Under the pieces are notes generated by a model that was not told where the DNA came from, searched no databases, and saw only the letters and a list, made by a program, of their open reading frames with translations. A stretch of DNA of 64,000 nt from an uncultured candidate division Zixibacteria bacterium (GTDB lineage: Bacteria; Zixibacteria; MSB-5A5; UBA10806), in the NCBI GenBank assembly GCA_963801605.1, contig CAWDFP010000005.1:23778-87777 (forward strand), given 5' to 3'. The first letter of the stretch is position 1; each line of letters opens with the position of its first letter. Shown piece by piece: positions 8,338 through 19,259 of this stretch. The translations under genes were made by a program, and so were the position numbers.

Positions 8338-8856
8338 ATAGCTTACGAACCCAGCGTCAGAACAAATCGCGGGATCAGGGTACCTGAGGTCAGGCTGATC
8401 GACGAAACCGGCTCGCAGATTGGAGTTGTTCCAACCCAGCAAGCCCTTGAAATTGCCGCCAGCAGAGGTTTGGATCTCGTGGAAGTTGCTGCCAACGTCA
8501 GGCCGCCTGTCTGTCGCATCATGGATTACGGGAAATATCTGTACGAGCAGTCTAAGAAGGACAAAGCGGCCAAGAAAAAACAGCACACCGTGCAGTTGAA
8601 AGAAATCCGCTTCCGGCCCAAGACCGAGGAACATGACTACCAGTTTAAGCTCAAGCATATCAGGGGCTTTCTGGGAGAGGGTTTCCGGGTAAAGACCTCG
8701 GTTGTTTTCCGCGGACGGGAACTGGTTCACAAGGAACTTGGCCACAAGATTATCGACCGCCTGGTAATCGACCTGGCCGATATGGCCGAACTGGAAAGCC
8801 CCTCCAAGCTCGAGGGACGCAATCTGTCGGCCATGTTTCTCTTGAAAAAGAAATAG
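8338..8856 (+). CDS. infC: Translation initiation factor IF-3 (non-AUG start, probably ATA)
   Basis: Frame extends upstream of the track ORF: (I)AYEPSVRTNRGIRVPEVRLIDE; DLVEVA..PPVCRIMDYGKY; GGAGG 7 nt before ATA 8338. Confidence 0.95.
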   Translation: MAYEPSVRTNRGIRVPEVRLIDETGSQIGVVPTQQALEIAASRGLDLVEVAANVRPPVCRIMDYGKYLYEQSKKDKAAKKKQHTVQLKEIRFRPKTEEHDYQFKLKHIRGFLGEGFRVKTSVVFRGRELVHKELGHKIIDRLVIDLADMAELESPSKLEGRNLSAMFLLKKK

Positions 8857-8901
8857 CCCTTCCCGGACAGCCCGGTAACCGTTAAGAGAACGTTTAATGA
8901 A

Positions 8902-8930
8902 TTGACATAAATTTCTGTTGTCATTATATT
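8902..8930 (+). promoter_or_regulatory. sigma70-type promoter for rpmI-rplT
   Basis: TTGACA-N17-TATATT. Confidence 0.7.
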
Positions 8931-8966
8931 TATTTAGAATTATATTAGGCGACTAAAGGAGATTTA

Positions 8967-9161
8967 ATGCCTAAGATAAAAACAAATCGCTCAGCTGCCA
9001 AAAGGTTCAGGAAAACTGGCACCGGCAAAATCAAAAGAATGAAACCCAACGCCAGCCACATTCTGACCAAAAAGACGACCAAGCGAAAAAGACACCTTCG
9101 CAAGTCCATCCTGGTTAATCCCAGCGATGTGAAACGTGTGGAGAAGATGCTACCCTATTAG
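8967..9161 (+). CDS. rpmI: 50S ribosomal protein L35
   Basis: [24 protein letters not shown]...HILTKK; between infC and rplT. Confidence 0.98.
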   Translation: MPKIKTNRSAAKRFRKTGTGKIKRMKPNASHILTKKTTKRKRHLRKSILVNPSDVKRVEKMLPY

Positions 9162-9186
9162 CTTAATCGAATTGATGGAGTAAAAA

Positions 9187-9537
9187 ATGCCAAGGGCAAC
9201 AAACAACGTAGCGGCGCATCGCAGACATAAAAAGGTACTCAAGGCTGCCGAGGGTAATTTCGGCGGACGAAGCAAACTGTACCGCACTGCCAAAGAGACG
9301 GTCCAGAAGGGCCTCATGTATTCCTGGATCGACCGTCGCCGCAAAAAAAGAGATTTCCGACGACTGTGGATTGCCCGCATCAACGCCGCCGCCCGTCTCA
9401 ATGGCCTCAGCTATTCGAGATTTATCGACGGTTTGAATAAAGCGGGAATTATCTTTAACAGGAAATATTTGGCTGATATAGCCGTCACTGATAGCGCCGC
9501 ATTCACCAAACTGGCCGAGCTGGCCAGGAGCGGGTGA
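9187..9537 (+). CDS. rplT: 50S ribosomal protein L20
   Basis: [22 protein letters not shown]...YSRFIDGL...[10 protein letters not shown]. Confidence 0.98.
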   Translation: MPRATNNVAAHRRHKKVLKAAEGNFGGRSKLYRTAKETVQKGLMYSWIDRRRKKRDFRRLWIARINAAARLNGLSYSRFIDGLNKAGIIFNRKYLADIAVTDSAAFTKLAELARSG

Positions 9538-9577
9538 TTTCGCGTATTGTGCGGCGTGAAACACCTATAAAATACCT

Positions 9578-9608
9578 GGCGGGCTTTTGGTTCAAGAAGC
9601 CCGTCTTT
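9578..9608 (+). terminator. Hairpin (terminator/attenuator-like) between rplT and pheS
   Basis: GGCGGGCTT...AAGCCCGTC followed by TTT. Confidence 0.55.
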
Positions 9609-9613
9609 AAATT

Positions 9614-10640
9614 ATGAGCGAATTTCTTAGATCAATCTTGATAATCTCTATGAATGAAGCCGCCTCGGCTGCTAACGAAGCGCTCCGGATAACGGCTACT
9701 CTTGAGGCTATCACTAATACCTATTTGGGACGTAAGGGAAAATTGGCCGAGTTATCCCGTCAAATGGGCAGCCTCGATAACGATACCCGACCGAAGGCCG
9801 GGGCGCCGGCTGAATGAAATCAGAAAAAATCTGACTGAAATAATCGAAAGCAAAACCGCCTCTTTCGCCCAAAATTGTAAATGCGGCCCATTCGTTTGAT
9901 TACACTCTGCCCGGCCGTCGTTCCTATGTGGGACGAAAACATCCGCTGCTGCAGACCGTCGATCTGATTGTCAGCATTTTCCGGGGGATGGGCTTTGCGG
10001 TGGCCAGCGGACCGGATATCGAAACTGATTTTTATAATTTTGATGCCTTAAATACGCCCGATGATCATCCGGCGCGCGATCTTTCAGATACCTTCTATAT
10101 CGACAAGGGAATTCTCCTTCGCACCCACACTTCGCCGGTGCAGATTCGTACCATGCAATCCCAAAAGCCGCCGGTGCGGATTATCGCCCCCGGCCGATGC
10201 TACCGTTCCGATGCCCCTGATGCCTCGCATTCGCCGGTCTTCTACCAGTGCGAGGGGCTTTATGTCGATGAGACATGTCACCTTCGCCGATCTAAAAGGG
10301 GTCATTACTGCTTTTGCGCAGAGAGCTGTTCGGCTCCGATATCAAAGTTCGTTTCCGTCCGCATTTTTTTCCTTTCACTGAACCATCGGCGGAATATGAT
10401 TTCTCCTGTGTTCTCTGCGGCGGAAAGGGATGTCGGGTCTGCAAATATTCCGGCTGGCTGGAAATCTCCGGGGCCGGTATGGTTGATCCCGAAGTTTTCA
10501 AAGCTGTCGGTTACGATTCCGAAAAATATACCGGCTACGCTTTCGGAATGGGTGTGGATAGAATCACTATGCTTCGTTATGGCATAAATGATATCAGACT
10601 TCTTTATGATAACGACGTTCGCTTCTTAAGGCAATTCTAA
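9614..10640 (+). CDS. pheS: Phenylalanyl-tRNA synthetase alpha subunit (split by several frameshifts)
   Basis: [65 protein letters not shown] spread over successive frames. Confidence 0.95.
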
Positions 10641-13034
10641 TGAAAATATCGCTTAACCTGCTGCGAACATTAATAGATTGCGATTGGTCGGCCGAAAAGA
10701 TTGCCGAACGCTTGACATTATCCGGCAGCGAGGTCGAAGCGATTGAAGCAAAGGCGCCGAGATATTCGGGAGTCATATCGGCTAAGGTTCTTTCGGTCGA
10801 TAGCGTTAAGGGCTCCGATAAGCTTTCAGTCTGCCAGATTGATACCGGTAGCGAGCATGCTTCAGGTAATCTGCGGCGCTCCCAATGTGGCGCCAGGGCA
10901 GGCAGTTCTATTTGCGCCAGTCGGCGCTAAACTTCCCGGTGGAGTGAAAATCGAGAAAGCTACAATTCACGGAGTGGAATCTTACGGCATGATTCTCTCC
11001 GAAGCCGAGCTTGAACTGACCCCGGAAGCCGATATCATTTCAGTCCTGTCGTCAGATATCAAGCCAGGCACTCCTCTTGAAAAAATTGTAAATTATAAAG
11101 ATACAATCTTTGAACTTGAAATTACTCCCAATCGTCCTGACTGTCTTTCGCATCTCGGAATTGCCCGCGAGTTACAGGCCCTGGGCGGCGGACGATACCA
11201 TTCGCCTGATGTTAAGCTTTCTGAAATCTCTGAGTTGGCCTCTAATGCTGTTAAGATAGAGATCGCCGATCCTCAAGGTTGCCCGCGATATACCGGACGG
11301 GTATTGCATAATGTCAAAATCGGGCCATCACCGCTCTGGCTTAAGATGATGGTTTCATATCTCGGCATGCGGCCTATAAATAATGTAGTTGATATTACCA
11401 ATTTTGTCATGATGGAACTTGGGCAGCCACTGCATGCTTTCGATTTCGATTTATTTCAAAAACCGGAGGTTCTGGTTCGTCGTGCCAGGAGGGCGAGAGC
11501 TTTACTACCCTCGATAATGCTAAGCGAACCCTTAACGATAAGCATCTGCTAATTACCGATGGCGTCGAACCGGTCGCTATCGCCGGTATTATGGGCGGAC
11601 TCAAATCCGAGGTTTCTGAGAAAACCTCAAAAGTGCTTTTGGAATCGGCTTATTTCGATCCCATCGCTATTCGCCGCGGCTCCAAAGCACTGGGACTTTC
11701 GACTGAATCATCGCGACGTTTTGAGCGTGGGGCCGACCCAAATATCGCCCCGGTCGCCAACGACCGCGCCTGCCAAGCTTATTTCCGAAATTGCAGGAGG
11801 CTCAATTCTTAAAGGAATGGTTGATGCTCATCCCAAGCCCTTTGTGCCGGTGCAAAATCGAGCTTCGGCCTTCGCGGGTGGAGCATCTACTTGGCGCCAA
11901 AATTGATAAAAGCAAAATCTGTCAAATTTTGGGTGATTTGGAAATCTGGCATACAGCCGATGGTAATATTATCGCCGACCAGCCCAGTTTCCGCCCCGAT
12001 CTGGTGCGCGAAGTCGATCTCATAGAAGAAATCGCCCGCGTGTATGGATTTGATAATATCCCTCCGATTTTCCAGCCCGGAGGCACTCTGGCTACTCCCA
12101 TGACCCGTCAGGAGAGGCTTACGCGACAAAATCCGCTCATTTTTGGTCGGTGCGGGCGCCAACGAGATATTCCCCTTAACTCTGGGAGACTTAAAGTTGG
12201 CCGAAAAGCTGGGTATCCTTGGATGAATCCGTCAAACTCCTTAACCCCATTTCAGAGGAGATGGGGGTGGCCCGTCCCAATCTGATATTGACCTTGCTGT
12301 CCTGTTATTCGCCGCAATCTGGGATTCAGGGAGACAAATCTTACTCTGTTTGAGATCGGAAATGTCTTTCATTCGACCGGTTAGGGGAAATTGCCGACCC
12401 AATCAACCCATCTGATTCTAGCTATCACGGGCATGGAACTCCCTGTTTATTGGGGTGAGCGTTGGCGCAAAGCCAGGGACCTCTTTTCGCTAAAGGGGAT
12501 GCTGGAGGACCTCGCCGATTACTTGCAGGTCAGGGCCCCTAACAATAAATCCTGCCCCACATTTCGCATTTGATAAAGAGTACTCTTTTGAAGTATATTT
12601 CGGTAAGACGAAGCTGGGATATATGGGCAAGCTATCCGATCAAGCCTCGGACATTGCCGATATTAAGTTGCCCGTATTTATCGCCGAGCTAAATTTTGAG
12701 GAGTTGATGGTAAGCCGTGCCGAAGGCGATTGCCGCCAAAGAGCTGGCCAGATTTCCATCGGCTGACAGAGATATCGCGATTGTGGTTGATGATGCTGTC
12801 ATGGCCCGCGATATCGAAGAGGAGATTAAAAAGGCAGGATCCGGATTGGTGGATGAGGTTTGGATTTTCGATCTCTTCCGCGGTAAAAATATACCATCCG
12901 GCAAGAAGAGCCTGGCTTTTGGTATAAAGTACAGGCTTCCCGATCGGACTCTAACCGATGAGGAAGTCAATCAGGCCCAGGCCGGAATAATAACGGCCCT
13001 TGAAAATCGATTCGGGGCGCAGTTGAGAAAATAA
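10640..13034 (+). CDS. pheT: Phenylalanyl-tRNA synthetase beta subunit (split by many frameshifts)
   Basis: ICGAPNV, GVESYGMILS, ITPNRPDCLS, INNVVDITNFVM, LLESAYF, SRRFERG, RPDLVREVDLIEEIAR, C-terminal FPSADRDIA...KSLAF...RTLTDEEV. Confidence 0.95.
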
Positions 13035-13306
13035 TGGATTCCGAAATAATTAAAGACTTAGAGAAAAACATCAGGCACGCCGTTAAAGTAATTGCGAGCC
13101 TGAAAGATGAAAAGTTAAATATTGAAAGGGAGAACGAATCTTTGAGACACCAGGTCGAGTTGCTTCGGAAGCAGGTTGAGGAGCAGCAAAAAGCCCTCGC
13201 CAAAGCCGAAGCGTCCCATCATCGGAACATCGACAACCAGGAGATCAAGGTTCGCCTTGAAAAGCTGGTTGGAAAACTGGCCGCTCTCGAAGACAGTTGG
13301 AATTAA
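13034..13306 (+). CDS. zapB: Cell division ZapB-like coiled-coil protein
   Basis: LEKNIRHAVKVIASLKDEK...ENESL coiled coil ending VRLEKLVGKL; pheT-zapB-zapA-rny synteny. Confidence 0.7.
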   Translation: MDSEIIKDLEKNIRHAVKVIASLKDEKLNIERENESLRHQVELLRKQVEEQQKALAKAEASHHRNIDNQEIKVRLEKLVGKLAALEDSWN

Positions 13307-13326
13307 ATATATAGCGGACGCTAAAG

Positions 13327-13607
13327 ATGGAGAAAAATCGAGTAATAGTAACGATTTTTGGCAAGGAATACAGCCTTGTTTCAGAAGTCGATCCTGAACT
13401 ATATAATGAAGACCGCCAGTTACCTGGACTCCAAGATGAGGGAGGTTTCCGAAAACTATCCCACATATCCCGGAGGCCCGAGTGGCTGTTTTGGCGGCTC
13501 TGAATATCGTTGATGAATTGTTTCACAACCGGGACTCCATGGCGAGTCTGCCCGAGCAGGAACAATGCCTCCGCGATCTTACTCGAATGCTCTCCGAAGT
13601 TCTGTAA
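13327..13607 (+). CDS. zapA: Cell division protein ZapA (frameshifted; missed by the ORF track)
   Basis: MEKNRVIVTIFGKEYSL..., YLDSKMREV, VAVLAALNIVDELF read across frames. Confidence 0.85.
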
Positions 13608-13643
13608 TTTTTAATAAAAGCGTCCGCCCCAATCGGAGGAACT

Positions 13644-15212
13644 ATGCAACCAACTCTGTACTATGTAATTGGGGCAGGCCTGATTCTTATCGCGCTGGCA
13701 TTCGTGGTAGGCCTCCTCATTTCCCGAAAATCGGGAGAAGGTAGAATCGCCAAGGCCGAAGCGCTTTCTACAAAAATCATCGCCGAAGCCGAAAAATCAG
13801 CCGAAATCAAGAAAAAAGAAGCGCTCCTGGAGGCCAAAGACGAATGGTTCAAGGCCAAACAGAAGTTCGATCGGGAAGCGCAGCAAAAGAAAGCTGAGAT
13901 TGCCAAGCTCGAACAGGCGCTGGCTGTAAAAGAAAGTAACTTAAATCGCAAAGTCGATGTCCTAAACAAAAAAGAAGCCGAGATTGGTCATCGCGAAAAG
14001 GGTCTGGCTGTCAAAGAGAAGGTCACCGAGACCAAGGAAAAGGATCTCGATCGCCTGATCGCCGAACACAATACCCAGCTTGAAAAAATCGCGGGCATGA
14101 CATCCGATGAAGCCAAGAAGCTCCTGATGTCAAACCTCGAAGCCGAAGCCCGTCGCGATGCCGCCGCCATGATCAAGGAAATCAAAGAGGAAGCCGAACG
14201 GAACGCCGAGAAAGAAGCCAGGAACGTCATTATCCAGGCTATCCAACGCTGTGCCGCCGACTACTCCGCCGAATCATGCGTTTCAGTGGTCAATCTGCCT
14301 TCCGACGAGATGAAGGGACGCATCATTGGCCGTGAGGGGCGCAATATCCGCTCCTTTGAAACTGCCACAGGAATCGATGTCATCGTGGATGATACCCCCG
14401 AAGCAGTGATCCTCTCAGGCTACGATCCCGTCCGCCGCGAGGTAGCCCGTATGGCTCTGGAAAAACTTATCGTCGATGGCCGTATTCACCCCTCGAGAAT
14501 CGAAGAAGTTGTCACCAAGGCCGAAAAGGAGATGGAGGTCATCGTCAGGGAAACCGGCGAGCAGGCTTGTTTCGATGTCGGTGTCCACGGTGTCCACCCG
14601 GAAATAATCAAACTGCTGGGTAAACTCAATTTCCGAACCAGCTACGGCCAGAATGTTTTACAGCACTCCAAAGAAGTTGCGATGATCTGCGGTATCATGG
14701 CAGCCGAACTTACTCTCGATGGTACTCTCGCCAAGAGAGCCGGCTTATTGCATGATATCGGCAAGGCTATAGACCGCGAAACCGAGGGAACTCACACTCA
14801 GATCGGTCTTGAATTTGCAACCAAATTCAATGAAAATCAGATTATCTTAAACGCCATCGCCAGCCACCATGAAGACGTGGCTATGGAAAGCCCTTATTCT
14901 GTTTTGGTGCAGGCTGCTGACGCCATCTCAGGCGCCAGACCGGGTGCCAGAAGAGAATCGCTCGAGGGTTATATCAAGCGGCTTGAAAAACTTGAAGAGA
15001 TGGCCGATGGCTTTAAGGGCGTAGCCAAAGCTTATGCCATCCAGGCCGGACGCGAAATTCGTGTTATCGTGGAAGCCGAGCAGATTGACGATATCGGGAG
15101 TTCCAACCTAGCCAGCGAAATCGCCCGCAAGATCGAATCCGAGATGGAATATCCCGGTCAGATCAAAGTCACCGTTATCCGCGAGGTAAGGACTGTAGAT
15201 TATGCCAAGTGA
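13644..15212 (+). CDS. rny: Ribonuclease Y
   Basis: N-terminal TM, coiled coil, KH ([14 protein letters not shown]), HD (LLHDIGKA), [12 protein letters not shown]. Confidence 0.99.
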   Translation: MQPTLYYVIGAGLILIALAFVVGLLISRKSGEGRIAKAEALSTKIIAEAEKSAEIKKKEALLEAKDEWFKAKQKFDREAQQKKAEIAKLEQALAVKESNLNRKVDVLNKKEAEIGHREKGLAVKEKVTETKEKDLDRLIAEHNTQLEKIAGMTSDEAKKLLMSNLEAEARRDAAAMIKEIKEEAERNAEKEARNVIIQAIQRCAADYSAESCVSVVNLPSDEMKGRIIGREGRNIRSFETATGIDVIVDDTPEAVILSGYDPVRREVARMALEKLIVDGRIHPSRIEEVVTKAEKEMEVIVRETGEQACFDVGVHGVHPEIIKLLGKLNFRTSYGQNVLQHSKEVAMICGIMAAELTLDGTLAKRAGLLHDIGKAIDRETEGTHTQIGLEFATKFNENQIILNAIASHHEDVAMESPYSVLVQAADAISGARPGARRESLEGYIKRLEKLEEMADGFKGVAKAYAIQAGREIRVIVEAEQIDDIGSSNLASEIARKIESEMEYPGQIKVTVIREVRTVDYAK

Positions 15213-15648
15213 GCGTGTCGGGCACTTTTACGAGTGTGAAAGTTTCGCTATTATCGGGATGTCGAGGACCAAGAAGAATTTTGCCTGGACAATTTTCGAG
15301 CAATTATCGCAACTCGGCAAAAGGGTTTATCCCATTAATAGTAAAGGGGGAAGCAATCAGGGAATTCAATTTTTTAGCTCGCTTGCGGAGCTTCCCGAAA
15401 CTCCCGAAGCCATTATTTTAAGCGTCGATCCGGCCGCCGCCAAGGGAATGCTTGAAGAGCTTAAGGATTCCGGGGCTAAATATATCTGGTTTCAACAGGG
15501 CTCATTTGATGATGAAGTCCTCTCCGAAGGAACCCGGATGGGTCTTGATCCCATCAAGGGTTGTGTCCTTATGAATATGCCCGAGGCGGCCTTTATTCAT
15601 CGCTTTCATAGAACGATCAATGAGTTCTTTGGGAAGGGGTATAAGTGA
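15202..15648 (+). CDS. CoA-binding domain protein (YccU-like)
   Basis: AIIGMS, VYPIN, SLAELPE, IWFQQG motifs. Confidence 0.85.
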   Translation: MPSERVGHFYECESFAIIGMSRTKKNFAWTIFEQLSQLGKRVYPINSKGGSNQGIQFFSSLAELPETPEAIILSVDPAAAKGMLEELKDSGAKYIWFQQGSFDDEVLSEGTRMGLDPIKGCVLMNMPEAAFIHRFHRTINEFFGKGYK

Positions 15649-16469
15649 GATTTCTGTTCGTTGGCGATATCGTCGGGCGGCCGGGACGGATTTGTCTGGG
15701 TGCATATCTTTCCGACTGCCGCAAGAAAAATATCAACTTCGATTTTGTAATCGCCAATGTTGAGAACGCCGCCGGCGGATTTGGACTGACCAAGGAAATT
15801 TCCCAAAAAATATCATCTTACGGTGTTGATGTTCAAACCTCGGGAAATCATATCTGGGATCGCAAGGAAATTCATTCGTATTTCGAGGCCGAGCCTCGGC
15901 TGCTCCGGCCTGCCAATTACCCTGCCGGCGCGCCGGGATTGGGATACAATATTTTCGCCTCGAAAAATGGAGAGACTGTGGCAGTCATCAATCTCCAGGG
16001 ACGAATCTTCATGCCCAGTATCGATTGCCCCTTCCGCACCGCTGATAAAATTTTGGGTGAGATTTCCGATCAGGCCAAATTGATATTCGTTGATTTCCAC
16101 GCCGAGGCCACCTCGGAAAAGCAGGCGCTGGGACGTTATCTCGATGGCCGCATATCAGGTTTGTTTGGAACGCATACCCATGTCCAGACCGCAGATGAGT
16201 GTATTCTGTCGGGCGGCACGGCCTATATCACCGACGCCGGTATGACAGGCCCTTATGCCTCCGTAATTGGCGTTGAGACCAAGGATGCCCTTTACCGGAT
16301 TATTACCGGCCTTCCTAATAGATTTAATATCGCCGAACGCGATATTCGCATGGCAGCGGTTGTTGTTGACGCTGATCCTGCAACCGGAAAAGCCAGCTCT
16401 ATCGAAAGAGTAATGTATAATCTTTCACCTCAGGATGAGGCTACTGAAAACCAGCAGAAAAGATTCTAA
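15645..16469 (+). CDS. ymdB: YmdB/TIGR00282 metallophosphoesterase
   Basis: GDIVGRPG, NVENAAGG, TSGNH, DFHAEATSEK, GTHTHV, TDAGMTG. Confidence 0.95.
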   Translation: MRFLFVGDIVGRPGRICLGAYLSDCRKKNINFDFVIANVENAAGGFGLTKEISQKISSYGVDVQTSGNHIWDRKEIHSYFEAEPRLLRPANYPAGAPGLGYNIFASKNGETVAVINLQGRIFMPSIDCPFRTADKILGEISDQAKLIFVDFHAEATSEKQALGRYLDGRISGLFGTHTHVQTADECILSGGTAYITDAGMTGPYASVIGVETKDALYRIITGLPNRFNIAERDIRMAAVVVDADPATGKASSIERVMYNLSPQDEATENQQKRF

Positions 16470-17356
16470 TGCCTGCCAGGATAATCGACGGCAAAAAAAT
16501 CTCTGATGAGATTAAAACCGAGGTTAAGCGTGAGGTTGAGGAGCTTCGCAAAAAAGGCGTAGTTCCCGGTTTGGCCGCGGTCATTGTGGGCGATAATCCG
16601 GCCTCGGCTCTCTACGTGAAGATGAAAGCCGCCGCCTGCGAAAAGGTAGGCATCTACTCCGAGGTTATTACCAGGGATAAAACCAGCAGGCATCAGGATA
16701 TTCTCGATCTGGTATTCGAGCTTAACAAGCGAGACGATATCGATGGTATCCTGATCCAATCGCCGCTTCCTGCACAGATTGATGAGCCTGCGATTACTCT
16801 GGCAATCGATCCATCCAAAGACGTTGACGGTTTCCATCCTTTAAATCAGGGTCTATTACTGGCAGGACGGCCAATCTTTGAACCTGCTACTCCGCTCGGT
16901 ATTGTCGAACTGCTTAACCGTTCCGGAAATAATCCATCCGGAAAAGACGTTGTTATCCTTGGACGCGGTTTTCTGGTGGGGAAGCCATTGGCGGCCATGC
17001 TCTCGAATAAAGCGCCATACCTCAATGCCACCGTAACTGTCTGCCACACCGGCACGAGCAATATTTCGTCGCACACCAGACGAGCGGACATCATTATCGC
17101 CGCCATGGGGAAAGCGCGCTTTCTGACTGCCGAGATGGTCAAACCCGGCGCTGTGGTCATCGATGTCGGCACCAATGAAATTGACGACCCCACTCATCCC
17201 AAGGGAAAGCGTTTGGTTGGTGACGTGGATTTCCAATCGGTCAGCGAAATAGCCGGGGCCATTACTCCGGTTCCCGGTGGAGTAGGCCCGATGACTATCG
17301 CTGCTCTACTCAAAAATACGCTCAAAGCCGCCCGGATGCGGCATAATATATCTTAG
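16469..17356 (+). CDS. folD: Bifunctional methylene-THF dehydrogenase/cyclohydrolase
   Basis: IIDGK, KDVDGFHP, PATPLG, VIDVG, ITPVPGGVGPMT. Confidence 0.98.
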   Translation: MPARIIDGKKISDEIKTEVKREVEELRKKGVVPGLAAVIVGDNPASALYVKMKAAACEKVGIYSEVITRDKTSRHQDILDLVFELNKRDDIDGILIQSPLPAQIDEPAITLAIDPSKDVDGFHPLNQGLLLAGRPIFEPATPLGIVELLNRSGNNPSGKDVVILGRGFLVGKPLAAMLSNKAPYLNATVTVCHTGTSNISSHTRRADIIIAAMGKARFLTAEMVKPGAVVIDVGTNEIDDPTHPKGKRLVGDVDFQSVSEIAGAITPVPGGVGPMTIAALLKNTLKAARMRHNIS

Positions 17357-17361
17357 TAATT

Positions 17362-18599
17362 ATGGCCGAAAAAATTTACACTATCACCCAACTTACCAAA
17401 GAGCTTAAGGATCTCCTGGAATCCTCATTTTCGAAAATCTGGGTCGAGGGTGAAATTTCAAATTATCTAAAACATTCATCGGGCCATAGATACTTTACGC
17501 TTAAAGATCAGGGCGCTCAAATCAAATGTGTTCTCTGGCGCTGGCAGGGTAATAATCTTTTATTCGAGCCTCAGGACGGTATGAAAGTAAAGGCTGCCGG
17601 CCAGATTACAATCTATGAAAAATCAGGACAATATCAACTTGTCGTATCGTCGCTTCAACCTTCCGGGATCGGTGAGCTTGAACTGGCCTTTCAGCAGCTT
17701 AAGAAAAAACTCGCTGGTGAAGGCTTATTCGACCCTGCTCATAAAGTGGCAATCCCTCAATTTCCAGAGCGCATCGGAGTGGTTACGTCGCCGACCGGCG
17801 CCGCTATCCGGGATATTCTCAATATCACCAAGCGTCGCGCTCCTCATATCGAAATTATCCTCTGGCCGGTAGCTGTGCAAGGGGAGGGCGCCTCCGCTCA
17901 GATTGCTCATGCCATCAGAGGCTTCAATAAATTAAAATTGGTTGATGTCTTAATTGTTGGCCGTGGCGGCGGATCGCTCGAGGACCTCTGGGCTTTTAAC
18001 GAGGAGGCAGTGGCTCGGGCGATATATGAATCAAAATTGCCGGTGATTTCGGCGGTCGGGCATGAGATTGATTTTTCAATCGCTGATTTTGTCGCCGACT
18101 TGCGCGCTCCAACGCCATCGGCGGCTGCTGAGATGGCGGTGCCCGACGCGATACAATTATCCGAGAGAATTGATGAGATTCAACAGGGCCTTGTCTACGA
18201 AATCAGCCAATCTGCTCAAGCGAGGCAACAGACGACTCCGGGAGCTTAATTCTCGATACGGTCTCAAAAGGCCAATGGAGATCATCACGCAACGCGCCCA
18301 ACGACGTGATGAGTTGAACCGTCTCATCAGCCTTCATTTTGCTCATCGGATGGAATCTCTTTCAAATAAATCCCGCTCGATATTTGAAAAGCTTGAGATC
18401 GTCTCGCCCCGGGGAATTCTTGAAGAGGGGATATTCTTATGTCCGGGATGAGAAGGGACGAAGTGTTCGCAGTTTTAAGCAGGTTGCTATTGATGATAAA
18501 CTTGAAATTATATTCTACGAAGGGGGAGCAGAGTCGCGGGTGACGCGTATTAAGCCCGACACTTTGAAAGGTATCCGCAATGACGAAAACCGCAGCTAA
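17362..18599 (+). CDS. xseA: Exodeoxyribonuclease VII large subunit (two frameshifts near the 3' end)
   Basis: VEGEISN, SGHRYFTLKD, VTSPTGAAIRD, GRGGGSLEDLWAFN, SAVGHEID, RAPTPSAAAE, terminal LKRGYS. Confidence 0.95.
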
Positions 18600-18933
18600 G
18601 GGCCTTCAGGGCAAGATGTATTATTCGATCTCCGAGGTAGCCGAGATGATCGATGTGGTGCCTTATGTTTTGCGTTTCTGGGAAAAGGAGTTTCCGCATC
18701 TCAAGCCGCGAAAAAACCGCGCCGGAAACCGGACCTATCAGGCCAAGGATATCCAGCGCATCATGCAGATCAAGCGGCTTCTCTATGATGAGGGTTACAC
18801 AATTGATGGCGCCCGCAACTTTCTAAAAAAAGAAGGTAAACAGGCGGCCTCGGACCCGGCAGTCGAGAGAACCAGGGAACTTTTGCACGAGATTCGTCTC
18901 GATCTTGAAGATCTGCTCAAACTTTTCCCTTGA
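18580..18933 (+). CDS. MerR-family HTH regulator
   Basis: YYSISEVAE...VLRFWEKEFPHLKPRKNRAGNRTY...LLYDEGYTIDGAR; this subfamily is usually found before tRNA-Pro. Confidence 0.93.
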   Translation: MTKTAAKGLQGKMYYSISEVAEMIDVVPYVLRFWEKEFPHLKPRKNRAGNRTYQAKDIQRIMQIKRLLYDEGYTIDGARNFLKKEGKQAASDPAVERTRELLHEIRLDLEDLLKLFP

Positions 18934-18967
18934 TTTAACGCTGATATAAATTATTATGGCTCTTGGA

Positions 18968-19045
<78 letters not shown>

Positions 19046-19259
19046 GTAATTTAAAATCACCGATTTAATTTCCGATATTTCGGAATTACCTTTTACATGA
19101 ACTATACTATTCATAATCAAATAACTTATTGCCGCTAACCAAAATTAAACTATATTTAGCTGGTTCTTGTCTAATCAAGGGCTTTAGTCTTTTGTACTAC
19201 GCTTAATTTTGGTTCTTAAAAAATAATTCTCAGTTAATGATTGATACCTGGAGTTTGCC

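Noticed and set aside
9614..13034. pheS/pheT as pseudogenes or programmed frameshift genes
   Set aside because: Essential genes with intact motifs and scattered indels lacking consistent slippery sites; sequencing error is more parsimonious
13607..13644. 6S RNA after zapA
   Set aside because: Only ~36 nt separate zapA and rny
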